A program made the translations under genes and the position numbers. The notes under the pieces were generated by a model, which saw only the letters and a program-made list of their open reading frames with translations, searched no databases and was not told where the DNA came from. A DNA stretch of 64,000 bases from Camelus ferus (Eukaryota): positions 77,998,001 through 78,062,000 of the forward strand of contig NC_045696.1 of the NCBI RefSeq assembly GCF_009834535.1, written 5' to 3'. Of the stretch, positions 1 through 12,288 are shown piece by piece (within the stretch, counting starts at the first letter, position 1; the number at the start of each line of letters is the position of its first letter).

Positions 1-2238
1 TGGATTATATAATCCCAGGCTTCTGACGTCCACGCTGAGACTCTTAAGAATTTTGCTGCAGTCTCACTTGACACTTTAACCAACCCTAAATGTCAGTGAA
101 GGTAGTTACCATGTCACTGTGTTTTCTCTTTGTCCGCTATAGTGCCTACAATGTCAATCCTCACGAACCTATCGGGTGATGGCTTGAATGGACATCTACC
201 TTGTATTACAGCCAATACACTATTGTGCCCAAGAAGTTTATTACACTCAAAAGTAATATCTGCAAAGTTTAAATAATTCAAGTCAAATTGAAAAAAGTTT
301 TATGTTTTAAAAACCTGTCTTAAAGTACAGAAAGAATATATATATATGAGATAGAATCATCTGTGAACAGTAATTGTCAGTATTTTTTTAGTTTAATTTA
401 GATCCTGAAAAGATTTTCTTCCTACTATTCCAATTATTATGATTAAGGTTTTATCATCTTCCTATTGTCAGTTTTAAGTACACAAGTTAATTGTGTTTCA
501 TGCATTTTTCACCTGAATTTTGGACAATCTACAATACATTTCAGAATATCCTTTAGCTTGTTAAACAGTAATGGTTTCTGCATAACTTAAATTTAAGATT
601 GTGTTAGATTACAGAACTACTCCTTTCCAATCTCAGTGTTAGTCATTATCAACGTGTCATTGATAAGATGCATTACCGTTTTTTTTTTTTTTTGGACAAT
701 TTTCTCTAAAAATGACTTATTAGACTTTTAATGTACCAGTGGAAAAGAAGGCTACAGAGAAGAGAGGTAACATGGGTCTAAAAAGAGCTGCAATGGTGCA
801 CAAGGTTGTAAGACTGAAATACCTTCCTAATTTTAATTTTAGACAAGAGTTTGTAGATATGCAAACAGCCCATGTCGTACGCACATACCGTGACCTTCCC
901 AGCTAGGCAATTCCAAGCGGTAGAAGTTTCTTTCGATTCTTGGTTATCATGGAAGCACATCTTTGTTAGCTTCAGTTGTCATTTGGTTGCTTCACAGACA
1001 CAGAAGTTATTTTAATAACTAACCAGTTTGACAAAGTATGTTGAGTGAAAACCTGCCTTATTTGAAAACTAGATTAGCAGGAATTTGATGTTTTGAAATA
1101 AGCGGTTGTTAGATTTCAAGTCTTTTTCTTCCAAGCCAGCTTGCAAATCAATAAAACCTAAGTTTTCTTGGAAATATTTTAAGTTTCTAAGACACTGAAA
1201 GTAACAGTAGAACAATAACTGACTGAAAAGCAAGAAAGTAGCTCTATTACTTTGCAGGCTTGTGACTTTGAGTAAATCACTAAGATCTGACACACCTTAG
1301 TCTTCTCGTTTCCTTTAATTCTTTAAAGTAACAGCTACCTAAAATAAGTTGTTCGTATACAAAATTGCTATTTTATCATTAGGTTTTTAAGGAATTTTGA
1401 GTAATACGGAAATCAGGAATAGCCAAAACATAGAGTGAATATATACTGAATGAATACTTATATTCTTATTCAAACTTTCTAGAATTAAAAAGAAAAAGCA
1501 GAGAACTATTTTAATTATTTAAGCTGGAAATGAAAAACATCAGCATTGTAAATGAGTAACAGCAGAGAGCACATACACACAAACACAGTGTCTTAAAAGA
1601 AAGTAACAGAAACTCCACATCATTCTTTTGAATTAGTGTGAATGCCCTATTTTCTGAGTTCACTGATTTCAAGAAAACAATAGCTGAAGAAATAATGACT
1701 GTCTGCTTGAGTACAAGCATGCTAAGAGTAAGTGGCAGGTTTAACTGTTATCTGTGAGAGCACATATTGGACTAAAACTTCTTTGTCTTTTTGGTTTCTA
1801 ACATACACATATGCACAGAAATGTAATTCAGTGAAACTGTGACAGAGATAAAAACATTTTCTTTTGACTTTTCATATCGTGTCTTTGTACTTCCAGGCGG
1901 CTGCTCAATTCTCCCTGCTCCATCTCAGTCCAAAGACAAATCCTGAGCCTCACTCCTTTGTAAAAATGCTCCCTAGTAAAGCAGTATTTATTGAGAGTTG
2001 TGTGTATTTCCTTCTATCCAGACTTTAACGACACTAGGGATGCCTCGAACGGCAGCGCTTTCTATCCTCTAACTGGAAGAGAGGAAGATACTTGCTGTAC
2101 CTCCACTAACAAGGTAAGAAACTTGAAGGACTGCTTTAAACCCACCTTAACTATGGACTAAGTTTTCTGCAGTTGGAATTCTTGGGTAGTGAACTGGTCA
2201 GATGAGGCCTTGGTAGACTCTACACTGGGATCCTTTTG

Positions 2239-2645
2239 CGTAATAAAGAATTTGACTCCAGTTTTTGATGGTTACAGACACCTATTAAGTCTTCCCCTTC
2301 TCCCTTCCCCTTGGCCTTACAGGGGCGCAAACTGATTAGAAGGCCTGGCATGCTCCACTTTGGCGCTGGACATTCAAACTATGCATACGAACTTCCAGCC
2401 CAAATGTGTCCTCTAATCACCAAGAAGACAAACAAACAAAAAACAAAAAACACAAGCCAGTCTCCTTTCCTGTTCTTCAAGACATTTTAGACCTTGCGAG
2501 CTACCTGATTTCTGCAGAAAGCATCATTATATAAGTACTAAACCTCTTCATACTCCTTGAGCACATGCATAGCGTCACGAATTTTAACCTCTGAACCAAA
2601 ATTTGGGTGTGGGGTCCATCCTGTTACTGCAGAGTGCCCAGAACA
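2239..2645 (+). mobile_element. Solo LTR, ERVL class (LTR53/MER54-like; subfamily tentative)
   Basis: Starts (c)gtaataaagaatttgactcca and ends ...gagtgcccagaaca. Flanks TTTTG (2234-2238) and TCTTG (2646-2650) form a 4/5 5-bp TSD. Confidence 0.7.
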
Positions 2646-5164
2646 TCTTGCTAGTTCTGACAAGCTGATGGAGGTTTAGTGTAGTAGCTCATTTACCCCT
2701 GTGACTCAGTGTCTTTAAGACGAGGTAAGCACATTCTCCACTCCCAAGTGGGTACTTCCTGGGAAACCCCCAAGTGTTATTTTCCCACCACTTTCCCTTT
2801 TCCTCCTCATCATTTAGCCTATTGTCATCATTCCCCAGATTCAACTGTTCCTTTAGATAAGTTGCATCAGCTTCACTAATCCCCTGAAGGTATCTCCACT
2901 CCTACTGCGACCTCGCTGATACGTCTGCATCTACGCCGATTCAGTAGCATTTCAGCCAGTCCAGGGCAGGAAAGACCTACCGTCAGTGTTTTCTTTAGCC
3001 TCCTTCCTCACGACCTTACACTCAACTTCTCCTCTTCTATTGTTCACAGTAAAAGCGAAACTTTTGGTTTACTCAACATTTTAAATATATAGTATTGGTT
3101 AACTGTATATGAGGAAAAAATATTTATATACAGAAAATACCTGTTTTGAAGCCATGACTGTGCGTATGTATAAACTTACAATTATTCGGGTATAAACTTG
3201 CAATTATACATATATGTGCACATCTACTTTTCCACTATATACAAAATATACATATTTTATCTGCTAACTGACATGATTGTGAATATTTATTACTTCATTG
3301 AGAAAATCGCATTGCTACTTTTAACCACCAGAAGAATATCATAGATAACTATATTAGCAAAATGAATGCAGCTTTGCCAAATAGAATCCAACACTTACGT
3401 TACCTACGTGGCCTTGAAAAGTAAGGTTCACTAAAGTCATTATGAGGCCAGCTGCACAATTTACAGGTTTGTGGCACATTTACTGAACATACTAAATCAC
3501 GCTCCAAAATATATGTAATTCACATTTTATTGTTTCAAAGCTGCTTTTTTTCCTCCACAGGAAAACTATATGTTGAGTTAGTTATTCTAAGATCAGCTAT
3601 TTCTCTTTTTTAATAAAAAGAGAATACCAGGATTGTTTGTGTGTGAAACGACCCATTTTGAGAAAAAGGAAGGTTTGGATTCAGAGCAGAGATAACTTTA
3701 TTTACAATTTACAGTTAACTTTATTTTAGGATTTTAGAGATTCAATAAAAAGCAAGTTATTTTGGAAACTACGGTATTTTCCCAGAAGCCAATGAGGTAA
3801 CCAGAAGAGGGAAGGGTAGAAGAAGCCGTCTACCTCATCCTTGGCTCACCCACGATGTCTTGAATTGAGAGACCCGTCCCCAGGAGAAATCCCTGACATC
3901 ACCCCATCTTCCCACCCCTCCCCGTCCCCATTCATTTACAACTCTCACCTGAAACTTAGCAGAAGAGACCCATGATGGGGGGGGGGGGGCGGCGTGCATA
4001 AAAGACGACATGGTAGCATCAGTGTCCTGATTCTAGACTCTCCCGCCGCAACCCCTCCCAGTGACCAGACCAGCCTGAAATTACCATTCCTGCTATGGAA
4101 CCCTTGGCACTATGTTTGCTCATCAGAGTTTCAAGGGTTCAAAGTGACTTCTCAACACATCATCCTAACAAGCAGAATGAACAGTAGGAAAGTGCCCTGC
4201 TCCATCTCCATTTGGGATTTTTCCCTTCAGGACACATAGAGGCTCCTACTGTCTCTTCCCCAAGGTAAGAGCTTAATTAAGTGGGGGCTTAATTTTCATT
4301 GGCTTGTAAGAATAATTTGTTCAAAACAGGAAGATATTTTATTGAATGTATTGATTAATCTTGCATAATATTTTAATAACTGAGGAAGCAAAATAAACAG
4401 AACAGGAGTAGCAAAGAAAAGAGAAAACAAAAGAAAGCAAGCCTATTAAAATAGGGGAAAAGGTACTATCAAGAATTATTATTTTTTTAATGAAAGACTT
4501 TATTCCAAATTAATAAAGTTATATTTTTTTCTCTTTTTTTTCAATCAAGTCTTAGATCTGTAACTAGAAAGAGTGAGAAACTATAAAGGTGACTTAAGCA
4601 CTTCTGGAGAAGTCACAAATACGGAAACAAGCCAAGAGATTAATGAGAGTGATGCTTTTCTGAGAGCAGAGTATGGGCATCTCTCTCTGCATCCGGTAAT
4701 TAATGTGCCAGACACTGTGCCATGCGTGGGAACACAAAGACAAAGCACAAAATTCAAACCGTGTCCTCATGTGCCTGGAGACTGAGCCAGGGATTTCCTC
4801 TTCCACTTGGCCCACTGCACATGCTCACCAGCCCCCAGTTTAAAGGAAAGCAAATGATTAGCCAGGCAGTCCTAACGCCACGTGACTACCCTTGATTTCA
4901 GGACTCACCAGATCCTCGACATAGTTTAAAGGAATGAGGTCTATGCTTACCATGGTAGCAGTGTGAATAGCTTGGGGTTTTGGTTCTCTATTATTTTCTT
5001 CCCTAAACAAGGAAATAATAAAGCTCTTTCTTCCCAAACTTTATTTAGTTCGCATTCACAAACATAACACATACACAACAGAGGAAGAACAAGAGAAAAA
5101 GAAGCTAAAGCAACTGATGTCCCTTCTCTCAAAGGAAGAGCCATATCTTACAAAAAGCAAACTC

Positions 5165-5575
5165 TGCGTAGAAGCCTTCAGTGACTTGAAAGAGCCCTTG
5201 GAATGAAGACAGCTTCTATTCCTAAGATGGCCTACAAGCCACTTCCCTCTTGATCACAGTCTGTGCCTTTTTCCTTTTCGTACACTCCAGTCTTGGGGGC
5301 CCCCTCCGGTTCTATCTTTTTTGCTATACTACCTCCTGCCCCAAGGCCTTGGTACATGCTCTTCCCCCACCTAGAGGGACTCACTCTTCCTCTACTCGCA
5401 CAGTTACTTCTAAGCTTACTTCAGATCCAGCATCGAGATCGACCCTGGATCTCCCATTATTGGTTCCACCATGAGCTCTCTGTCCCACCCTCACTCTCTG
5501 ACGATGGGAGCCATGTTTTTTTCTAATCGTCCCTCTGTCTCCAGAGCACAGCATGTTTGGCACAGAAGGACTCGT
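5165..5575 (+). mobile_element. LINE-2 3' fragment
   Basis: L2-like motifs ggcctacaagcc and aggccttggtacatgctcttccc, with the terminal cacagcatgtttggcacagaaggactc. Confidence 0.6.
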
Positions 5576-5759
5576 TTTTTTCTTTAATACATGTGTATCC
5601 CTCTAAGTGAGTGCACAGAAATACATAAATATTAAGGACAAGTATCTATTTGGTAATATTAAAAGTGACGCCTTATTTCTGTGTTCCCTAAATGTTATAT
5701 ACAATTATTCTGCAATAGTACTAAAAGAAAAGTTAGGGGAAAAAAAAAGAAATGAAGGT

Positions 5760-6209
5760 TGTAATGAGCTGAATTACATCTCCTAAAACAGGACATGTTC
5801 TAACCTCCATCACCCCTGAATGTGAACTCATTTGGAAATAGTGTCTTTGTAGATGTAATTAAGATGCAAGTTAAGATGAGGTCGTACTAGAGGAGTGTGG
5901 GTCCTGAATCCAGTCTCTGTAAACTGAGGGACACAACCACGCACAGAAGGAAGACAGCCACGTAAAGATGCAAGCAGAAACTGGAGCACAGCAGCTGAAA
6001 GCAAAGGAACCCTGGGGATCACCGGCAACTACCAGAAGCTTGGGAGATGTAAGGAAGGATCCTCCCCTAGGACTTCAGAGGGAAAGTGGCCCCACCGACA
6101 CCTTGATTTTGAACTTCTAGCCTCCAGAACTGTGGAAGAACAAATTTATATTGTTTGGAGTCACCCAGCTTGTGCTACTTCGTTATGGAGACCCCAGAAG
6201 ACTAACACA
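5760..6209 (+). mobile_element. MaLR solo LTR (MLT1C-like), full length
   Basis: TGtaatgagctgaat...actaacaCA, with the typical core tttggaaatagtgtctttgtagatgtaattaag and gaacttctagcctccagaactgt. Perfect 5-bp TSD AAGGT at 5755-5759 and 6210-6214. Confidence 0.92.
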
Positions 6210-6959
6210 AAGGTCTACGACAATCCTCTACACATAACCTCCTTTAAATTAGGAACACTGCTGAGTAGGATCTGGCTTTTGTATAAGGAACTGGCTTTTT
6301 GAAACCTGTGTTGGTCTCTTTAAGCCATCAAGTCTTCCTATGTTTGTTCTGTATGTTAACCTAAAATAATTATTTCATCTCTTTACTGAAATTTTGACAT
6401 AAACCCATGATCAAGCAAGAACATGGATCAAAACATATTTATTTTTATTATTACTATTACTACCACATGAGTGTGTGTTGACGGCTGAGGGTAGGGGAGG
6501 TGAGGAAAGTTACCTATTTAAATTCAGTTCTGACTATCTTTCTTTCCTTTCTCCCCTGAACACAAGTGTATGGTTGTGTGGTATAGTCTTGTAAAATCTC
6601 AATGTAGCTCTTTCCCTTCTCTGTGCTCTGAGTATAATACCAAGCCTCAGGGGGTAGACCTAGTATATTTAGTTTTAACTACTCCACTTACGTGCATAGT
6701 CAATAGTCAATTTACATAGCATCACTTCTGTTTCTACAATACAGAGCATAAACTTGCTTTACCAGCTAGCAGATCCTGGACTAGCCAATTGGAAAGAGAT
6801 TAGACATCCAAGGCCTGTTGGGCTGAATTCATCACTTGACAAAAGGGAGACATGTCAGCAGTACCAACCGAAAGCTGAAAATTAATGCTGAGGGTTGCTT
6901 AACAAGCCTTGAGTCACACGCTTCCCAGTTCCAGGCACCGCTGCTGTTGGAAGGCTGCC

Positions 6960-7350
6960 CAGTGTAACAGCAGCAGCACAGACTCTGAAATCAGGGGCTG
7001 CTTGACGTGACCCAATGACAGGCCATCTGGGCACCTTATTTTCCTCAGTTATGAAACGTTAACAGCAATACTTGGGCTAACAATAAGCCTTGCCAACACA
7101 GTTTCTGACATTTAATAGATGCTCAATAAACCATAACCATTACTGTCATTATTGTTATTATTCTGTTTTTTTGAGGTGGTTGCTCAACTCTTAAAAGATG
7201 TTCCACTTTTTTGTATGCACTCCAATAAGGGTGGCACGCTTTCTGCTTCTAACAAGCTATTGAAACTTGAGCAAGCCACTTAACCCTCTCAACCTCAGTT
7301 TCTTCATCTGTGAAATGAGAGAGCTGGAGCGGTTCGTGACAGCCCTCACA
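6960..7350 (+). mobile_element. Two degenerate MIR fragments
   Basis: MIR tail tagatgctcaataaa at ~7116-7130 and MIR core cttgagcaagccacttaaccctctcaacctcagtttcttcatctgtgaaatg at ~7266-7317. Confidence 0.65.
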
Positions 7351-8236
7351 GTGTGTGATTTTTAACCAGAGCACAAAATAACTGAAAAAATGCCAGTTTT
7401 CTCTCTGTGATTCTGTCTCAGAGTCATCGAGCCATCTTGACAGATTTTTTTGACCACTCACATATATAACGTATACAATGTTGACTCCACTAGAATGGCT
7501 AAAGGAAACCCTTAGTTTTCACAAGGCATCTTTTGTGAGGTGAATGTGCATTTTAAGTGAAAGAAAGAAAATTGCATTATCTATGGTGGGATGAGGGTAG
7601 AGTATCGGGGTGCTGACTTTGGGGGAGATGGGTAGAAGAGATAATATATGGAATATATATGACCTCATTAAGTAAAAGAATACATATATACATATTATGT
7701 GTATATACACATATATATAAATATTATAAAGATGCATAAAAGAGTGGCCATGGAATATCACTGAAAGTTATCTCAGTGTGGGAGAACTGGAGGCCTTAAC
7801 TTTCTTCTTATTTTTATATACTGTTTGAATTTTCAGTAATGAATATATTTTATTTATATATTCAGGAAAATGTAATACAATTATATCCTTGAAGTAAGAA
7901 AAAGATGTACACATTATATTCAAATACGCAAAAAGAGCAACTTAAATGTTTAACTTTATTGCAGCTGACATATACTTTCTCATTAATCTCCTCTGTCCCT
8001 GGACAAATGGAGGAATAAATTTGTCAATTAAAAAAATCTCAGTCTGTTTTGCTTATGCTATTTTAGGGCGGGTTAATTTTCAAAGATGGGGTCTGGTTCA
8101 ATGAGAAGCTTTTTTAATGGTCCCTGCAGGAAAGTGGGTCTGGTATCCCTACACAGATCATGTTAGAGTCTTCTAGCATTTTGCAAGCCTCAACAGCAAT
8201 TTCCCTGTGTCACCTGGTTAATAAATGTCCAACTGG

Positions 8237-8362
8237 GAGTAGGGTATAGGTCAGTGGTAGAGCATATGCTTGGCATGCATGAGGTCCTGGGTTCAATCCC
8301 CAGTACCTCTGGCAGAGGAATGAATGAATCAATCAATTAATCACACTACTACCCCTTTAAAA
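8237..8362 (+). mobile_element. tRNA-derived SINE, camelid vic-1-like
   Basis: A-box-like taggtcagtggtagagc and B-box ggttcaatccc, then a (TGAA/TCAA) tract and an A tail. Perfect 14-bp TSD AAATGTCCAACTGG at 8223-8236 and 8363-8376. Confidence 0.88.
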
Positions 8363-8796
8363 AAATGTCCAACTGGCAACTGGCTATCAAGTCAGTGGAT
8401 GCCAAAGACATATAAACTCTCCCTCAACTCTACTCTGAAGCTCGCATTTCACTTAAATTGATCACATCTCTTCTCTACTAGTGTACATTTTCTAGCTGTC
8501 AGTCACACAGCTTAGGCTGCCCATCAAAGACTCTCTGTCATGGTGCTATTGGGTCATATGGTGTCCCATGCTAGTTCAACAGATTCAAAGCTGTAACATT
8601 TCTCCTATGGGTTCCATTCCAAGCCGCATAAATGCTGAGAATATCTAACATCACAGTGGGACTGCTCTTTGCCAAACACAGGACACTGCCATTTCTCCTC
8701 CACTGCAATCACCATGTGAGATCAACTTGGAGTAGTACCTGCCAGGTGCTTTCTTTCTAAAACTCAGAAGACCAAAAACACCATTTGAGGACATGC

Positions 8797-8945
8797 TCTC
8801 TTTCCTTCCTTCCTTCCTCCCTCTCTCTTCCTCCCCTTCCCTCCCTCCCCTCCCCTCCCCTTCCTTTCTTTCTTTTCTTTCCTTCCTTCCTTCCCCTGTC
8901 TCTCCCTCTCTCTCTCTCTTTCTTCCTTCCTTTTATCTTTTCCTT
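8797..8945. repeat. Polypyrimidine/polypurine low-complexity tract (TTCC, TCCC, TCCCC, TC units)
   Basis: About 150 nt almost exclusively C/T on +. Confidence 0.95.
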
Positions 8946-9337
8946 CACCAGCAAGGCCCTTTCTGTCTGAAAGAGATCTTCCTTACCTCATATGCTTGTT
9001 CACCACATAGTGGCATCTGACACTCTGACACTGGGTCCAATATACCACGGAGGATATGGGAGAGAAATTGACCTCAAAAGGAAGATACTTCAAGAAAGTA
9101 TTTTAAAATTATCCCTTTCATGCTTCTCTTTAATATTTAAATTAGCATTCACTGAGTACTTCCTAAGGATCACCTATAATATTAATCAGCTTAGCATAAA
9201 TCATGGTTCAGGGTAATTGTGAAGAACAGAATCTATGAAGTACCAGCACTTTAGGAAACTTAACTCAGAGAACCTGAGCTTCAGTACTGTTTTTTGCAGA
9301 ACGATGATAATAATCTCTGACTCACTTGTTTACTTTG

Positions 9338-9596
9338 GCACAATGTGGTGAATAGGGACATAGATTTTGAGCTCAAAATACCTGAATTCAGTCTCAGCTC
9401 CTCCACTCACTACGTAATTTGGGGGAAACCTATTTTATCTCTTTTTGCTTCGATTTCTTCATCTGGAAAGTGGGGATTAATATAAGCAATAATAATGAAA
9501 ATATCTTTCTCATATTGTTGTGAAATTCAAAGTAAATACTTGTGCAACATTTATAACAGTGCTTGGTGCAGTAATAGGTGTTCAATAAATCATTGC
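9338..9596 (+). mobile_element. MIR SINE, near full length
   Basis: tRNA-like head, core tttcttcatctggaaagtgggga, and tail acagtgcttggtgcagtaataggtgttcaataaat. Confidence 0.85.
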
Positions 9597-11667
9597 TTTC
9601 CAGAATTATCTGAATATTAAATGACAAAAAATTAATGAGAAAACAGTAATTTTTGATGTTTTCTAAATCTAGTCTATTATGCTACCTGTTCTAAAAATAT
9701 ACTATCCATTTCTACTTCTCCAACATTTCTAGATAAACCAGGAAAAGTTTCCTCAAGTGTATTTTCACAATAGATTCATGTGTCAATAGTCCGTGATAAT
9801 CAGGCAAATAACACACACTAAAATACAAACACGTACACATAACCAAAACTGTAAAGTCATACCTAAATTATTTTTCCACAATCCAAACAACTTGTTAAAG
9901 CAGAAGAGAAGGGGGAAAGGAAGAGTTTTGGCAGAAGACATGCTTCTCATAATCCCACCTGTCTGCTTCGGGCAGAATAAGCACACTCGACCAAGGAAGA
10001 TCCCACTGTGAGGGGTGCATTGGGCACGGCTTTCGGCCCTTTCCACCCCTGAATTCCAAACCTGCTGCAAAGCTGGAAGAGATTAAATAAACCCCAAAAA
10101 GTGCTCTCAAAGAGAAGCGCTGATGATTTCATGCACCCGGTGAGGAAACTGCCAAATATAATGGAATCTACCTGGATGTCAACACATCAATGCTCTGACC
10201 TCTTCCTTCAGCACTAGCAGAACTCTTCTAAATTTTCTAAAAGCAATTCATGATCATGAGCGATGCTGGCAAAGAAACTAACAGGTACCTTATCAGTATT
10301 AAACTGGTGTTTTGCAGAACTGGATTTGAGACAGAGATGGCCTTATTTCAGAACTGAGATAAGCTCTGGAATCTTGAAGTGCAGAAGAAGGTTTTTTTTT
10401 TTTTTTTTTTAACCGAAAACTGGTTTTAATCGCCTCCTTTTTGCCTTTACAGATGAAAATGTAGGTCAATAGTGTTTCCATTCACTGTCTCTTCACATTC
10501 AATATGTTACTCTCTTTCTTGCCCTTCTACTGTCCCTTTTCACTTTAATACTTTAGTAACAAAAATTTTATTTTTAACATTGCCCTGCCTGACACCGGCA
10601 GTTCCTCTTTTTCAATCTCCCTTGCCTTCATTTTTCTAGTTCAATCATTGGGAATTAAAAAAAAAAAAAAAAAAAAAACATAACCACAAACACAGCCTCC
10701 AGGCAGACATGGAAAAGATTCATACAAGATGCTTGAAAGACCAGGTGGTGATCTAAACAGCACCATAAAAACTTAGATTGTAAAAGGTCTTCATTTCCTT
10801 GCTTAATTTCCATAATTCAGCTTTTCCTTGGTTTTCTGGCTATCAAATTGGACCATCAACACATTTCACAAAGTGACTTAAGCTACTGTACTTCATAGCA
10901 AAGCACTTTAGTGGCTCTCTAGAATTTAAGAAAAATAACATGGAAATGGGTTGTTGGTGGAGGAAAGCAGTGTTCTGATTCATTCAACCTCAATTTTTTC
11001 ATCTGTACAATGGAGATACTCTGTACATCTCAGGGCATTTATAGCTTTGAAAGTTATTTGTCATGGGATAAAAGAGAAAGAATAGTGGCTGATATTTATT
11101 ATTAACATAATTCTTGATGTGTTTTTTATGTTTATTATAGAAAATGTGTAGTTAAAATTATAAACTGTTGTTCAATCTGGGGCACTTAGAAGAAATAACA
11201 TGCTAAACTTTACTGCACTAAAAACAAATGTGTGACTCATTGGTACCATATTGCATTGGACTTTCCCAAAGAGATTAAAGTATAAAGCACAATTTCACTC
11301 ACCCAAGGAGATTAAACTCAGGCAAAATGCAAAACTGTACCTGAGGATGGTATCAGTGGTGAAGTTTGATTAAGCACCAAAACAGAAGACAAATAAGAAA
11401 ACATGGAGTCTTAAGATAGAAAGAAAAATAATGGAAAACATTTATCTTTTAATTCATTGTTATTTTTGTTGGCTTTTTCCAATGTGCGTAATTTAGAAAA
11501 GTCAGAGTCACTATTACAGTTTAGTATGAATGCCTATCTTGGGCAACTAACTATAAAATATGTAGAGGACTTACTGAAATTTATTTTGTTTAAGCAGAAC
11601 TCTGTATTATTTGGGAGGGTGGGGCTGGTTTAAAATATCTCTATGTATCAATATTTCTCCGTATATA

Positions 11668-11868
11668 CAGTTAACTCTGAAAGTGCAGATTGGGATGTCA
11701 ACCCTCCATGTAGTTGAAAAATCTGCTTATAACTTTACAGTCACCATCTGTATCTGTGGTTTTGCATCTGTGGATTCAACCAATCACAGATTGTGTAGTA
11801 CTGCGAGACATGTTTATCAAAAAAAATCCACATATAAGTGGGCCTGAGAAGTTCAAACCTGTGTTGTT
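11668..11868 (+). mobile_element. MER8 (Tigger2-derived MITE), right TIR truncated
   Basis: TA|cagttaactctgaa...gcatctgtggattcaaccaatcacagattgtgtagtactg...aaaatccacatataagtgggcctgagaagttcaaacctgtgttgtt matches the recalled MER8 consensus. Confidence 0.8.
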
Positions 11869-12029
11869 GTTGTGTATATATATATGTGTGTATACACACA
11901 CATATCCAAAGAGAACGCTAATGGTTCCCAAATACCAGGAAAAAATACTCACTTTAGCACTGGAACAACAAAGCAGTATTGGCATCAACATTAGTAACTC
12001 CTCTGCCTACAGAATAAAATACTGCCTAC

Positions 12030-12288
12030 ACAACCAAATGCACTGTGGTCTGGCCCCACCTACTGTTCCATCCTCATCTCTCACTACTCATCCTGCCACA
12101 CACTATCACAGAGTACCTGCTTCCCCTTATCTCAGTGCTTGTGACTGAGTAGCTCTTCATCTGGAATACACCTCATTTTGACCTTAGCTACATTCCTTTT
12201 GTATCTGACATTTCTCTTTCTAAAAGCCTTTCATCCAAAAAAATCTGATCAACATCTCCCACTTATCTTTCAAAATTTAGTCCAAACT
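12030..12288 (+). mobile_element. LINE-2 fragment, interrupted by L1 (appears to resume ~14677-14920)
   Basis: L2-like tggtctggccccacctac, gctcttcatctggaatac and ctcccacttatctttcaaaatttag. The right part ends gtgaatca...cagggcatataaatacatcttg. Confidence 0.5.

Noticed and set aside
8757..9020. R/E/G-rich and L/P/S-rich ORFs
   Set aside because: These are translations of the CT/GA low-complexity tract.
10121..10198. C/D-box snoRNA-like TGATGA...CTGA spacing
   Set aside because: It lies antisense to the host gene, box C is imperfect and there is no convincing terminal stem. Such motifs are expected by chance.
11714..12148. 144-aa ORF
   Set aside because: It spans MER8, a TA/CA repeat and L2-like sequence, with no recognisable protein motif.
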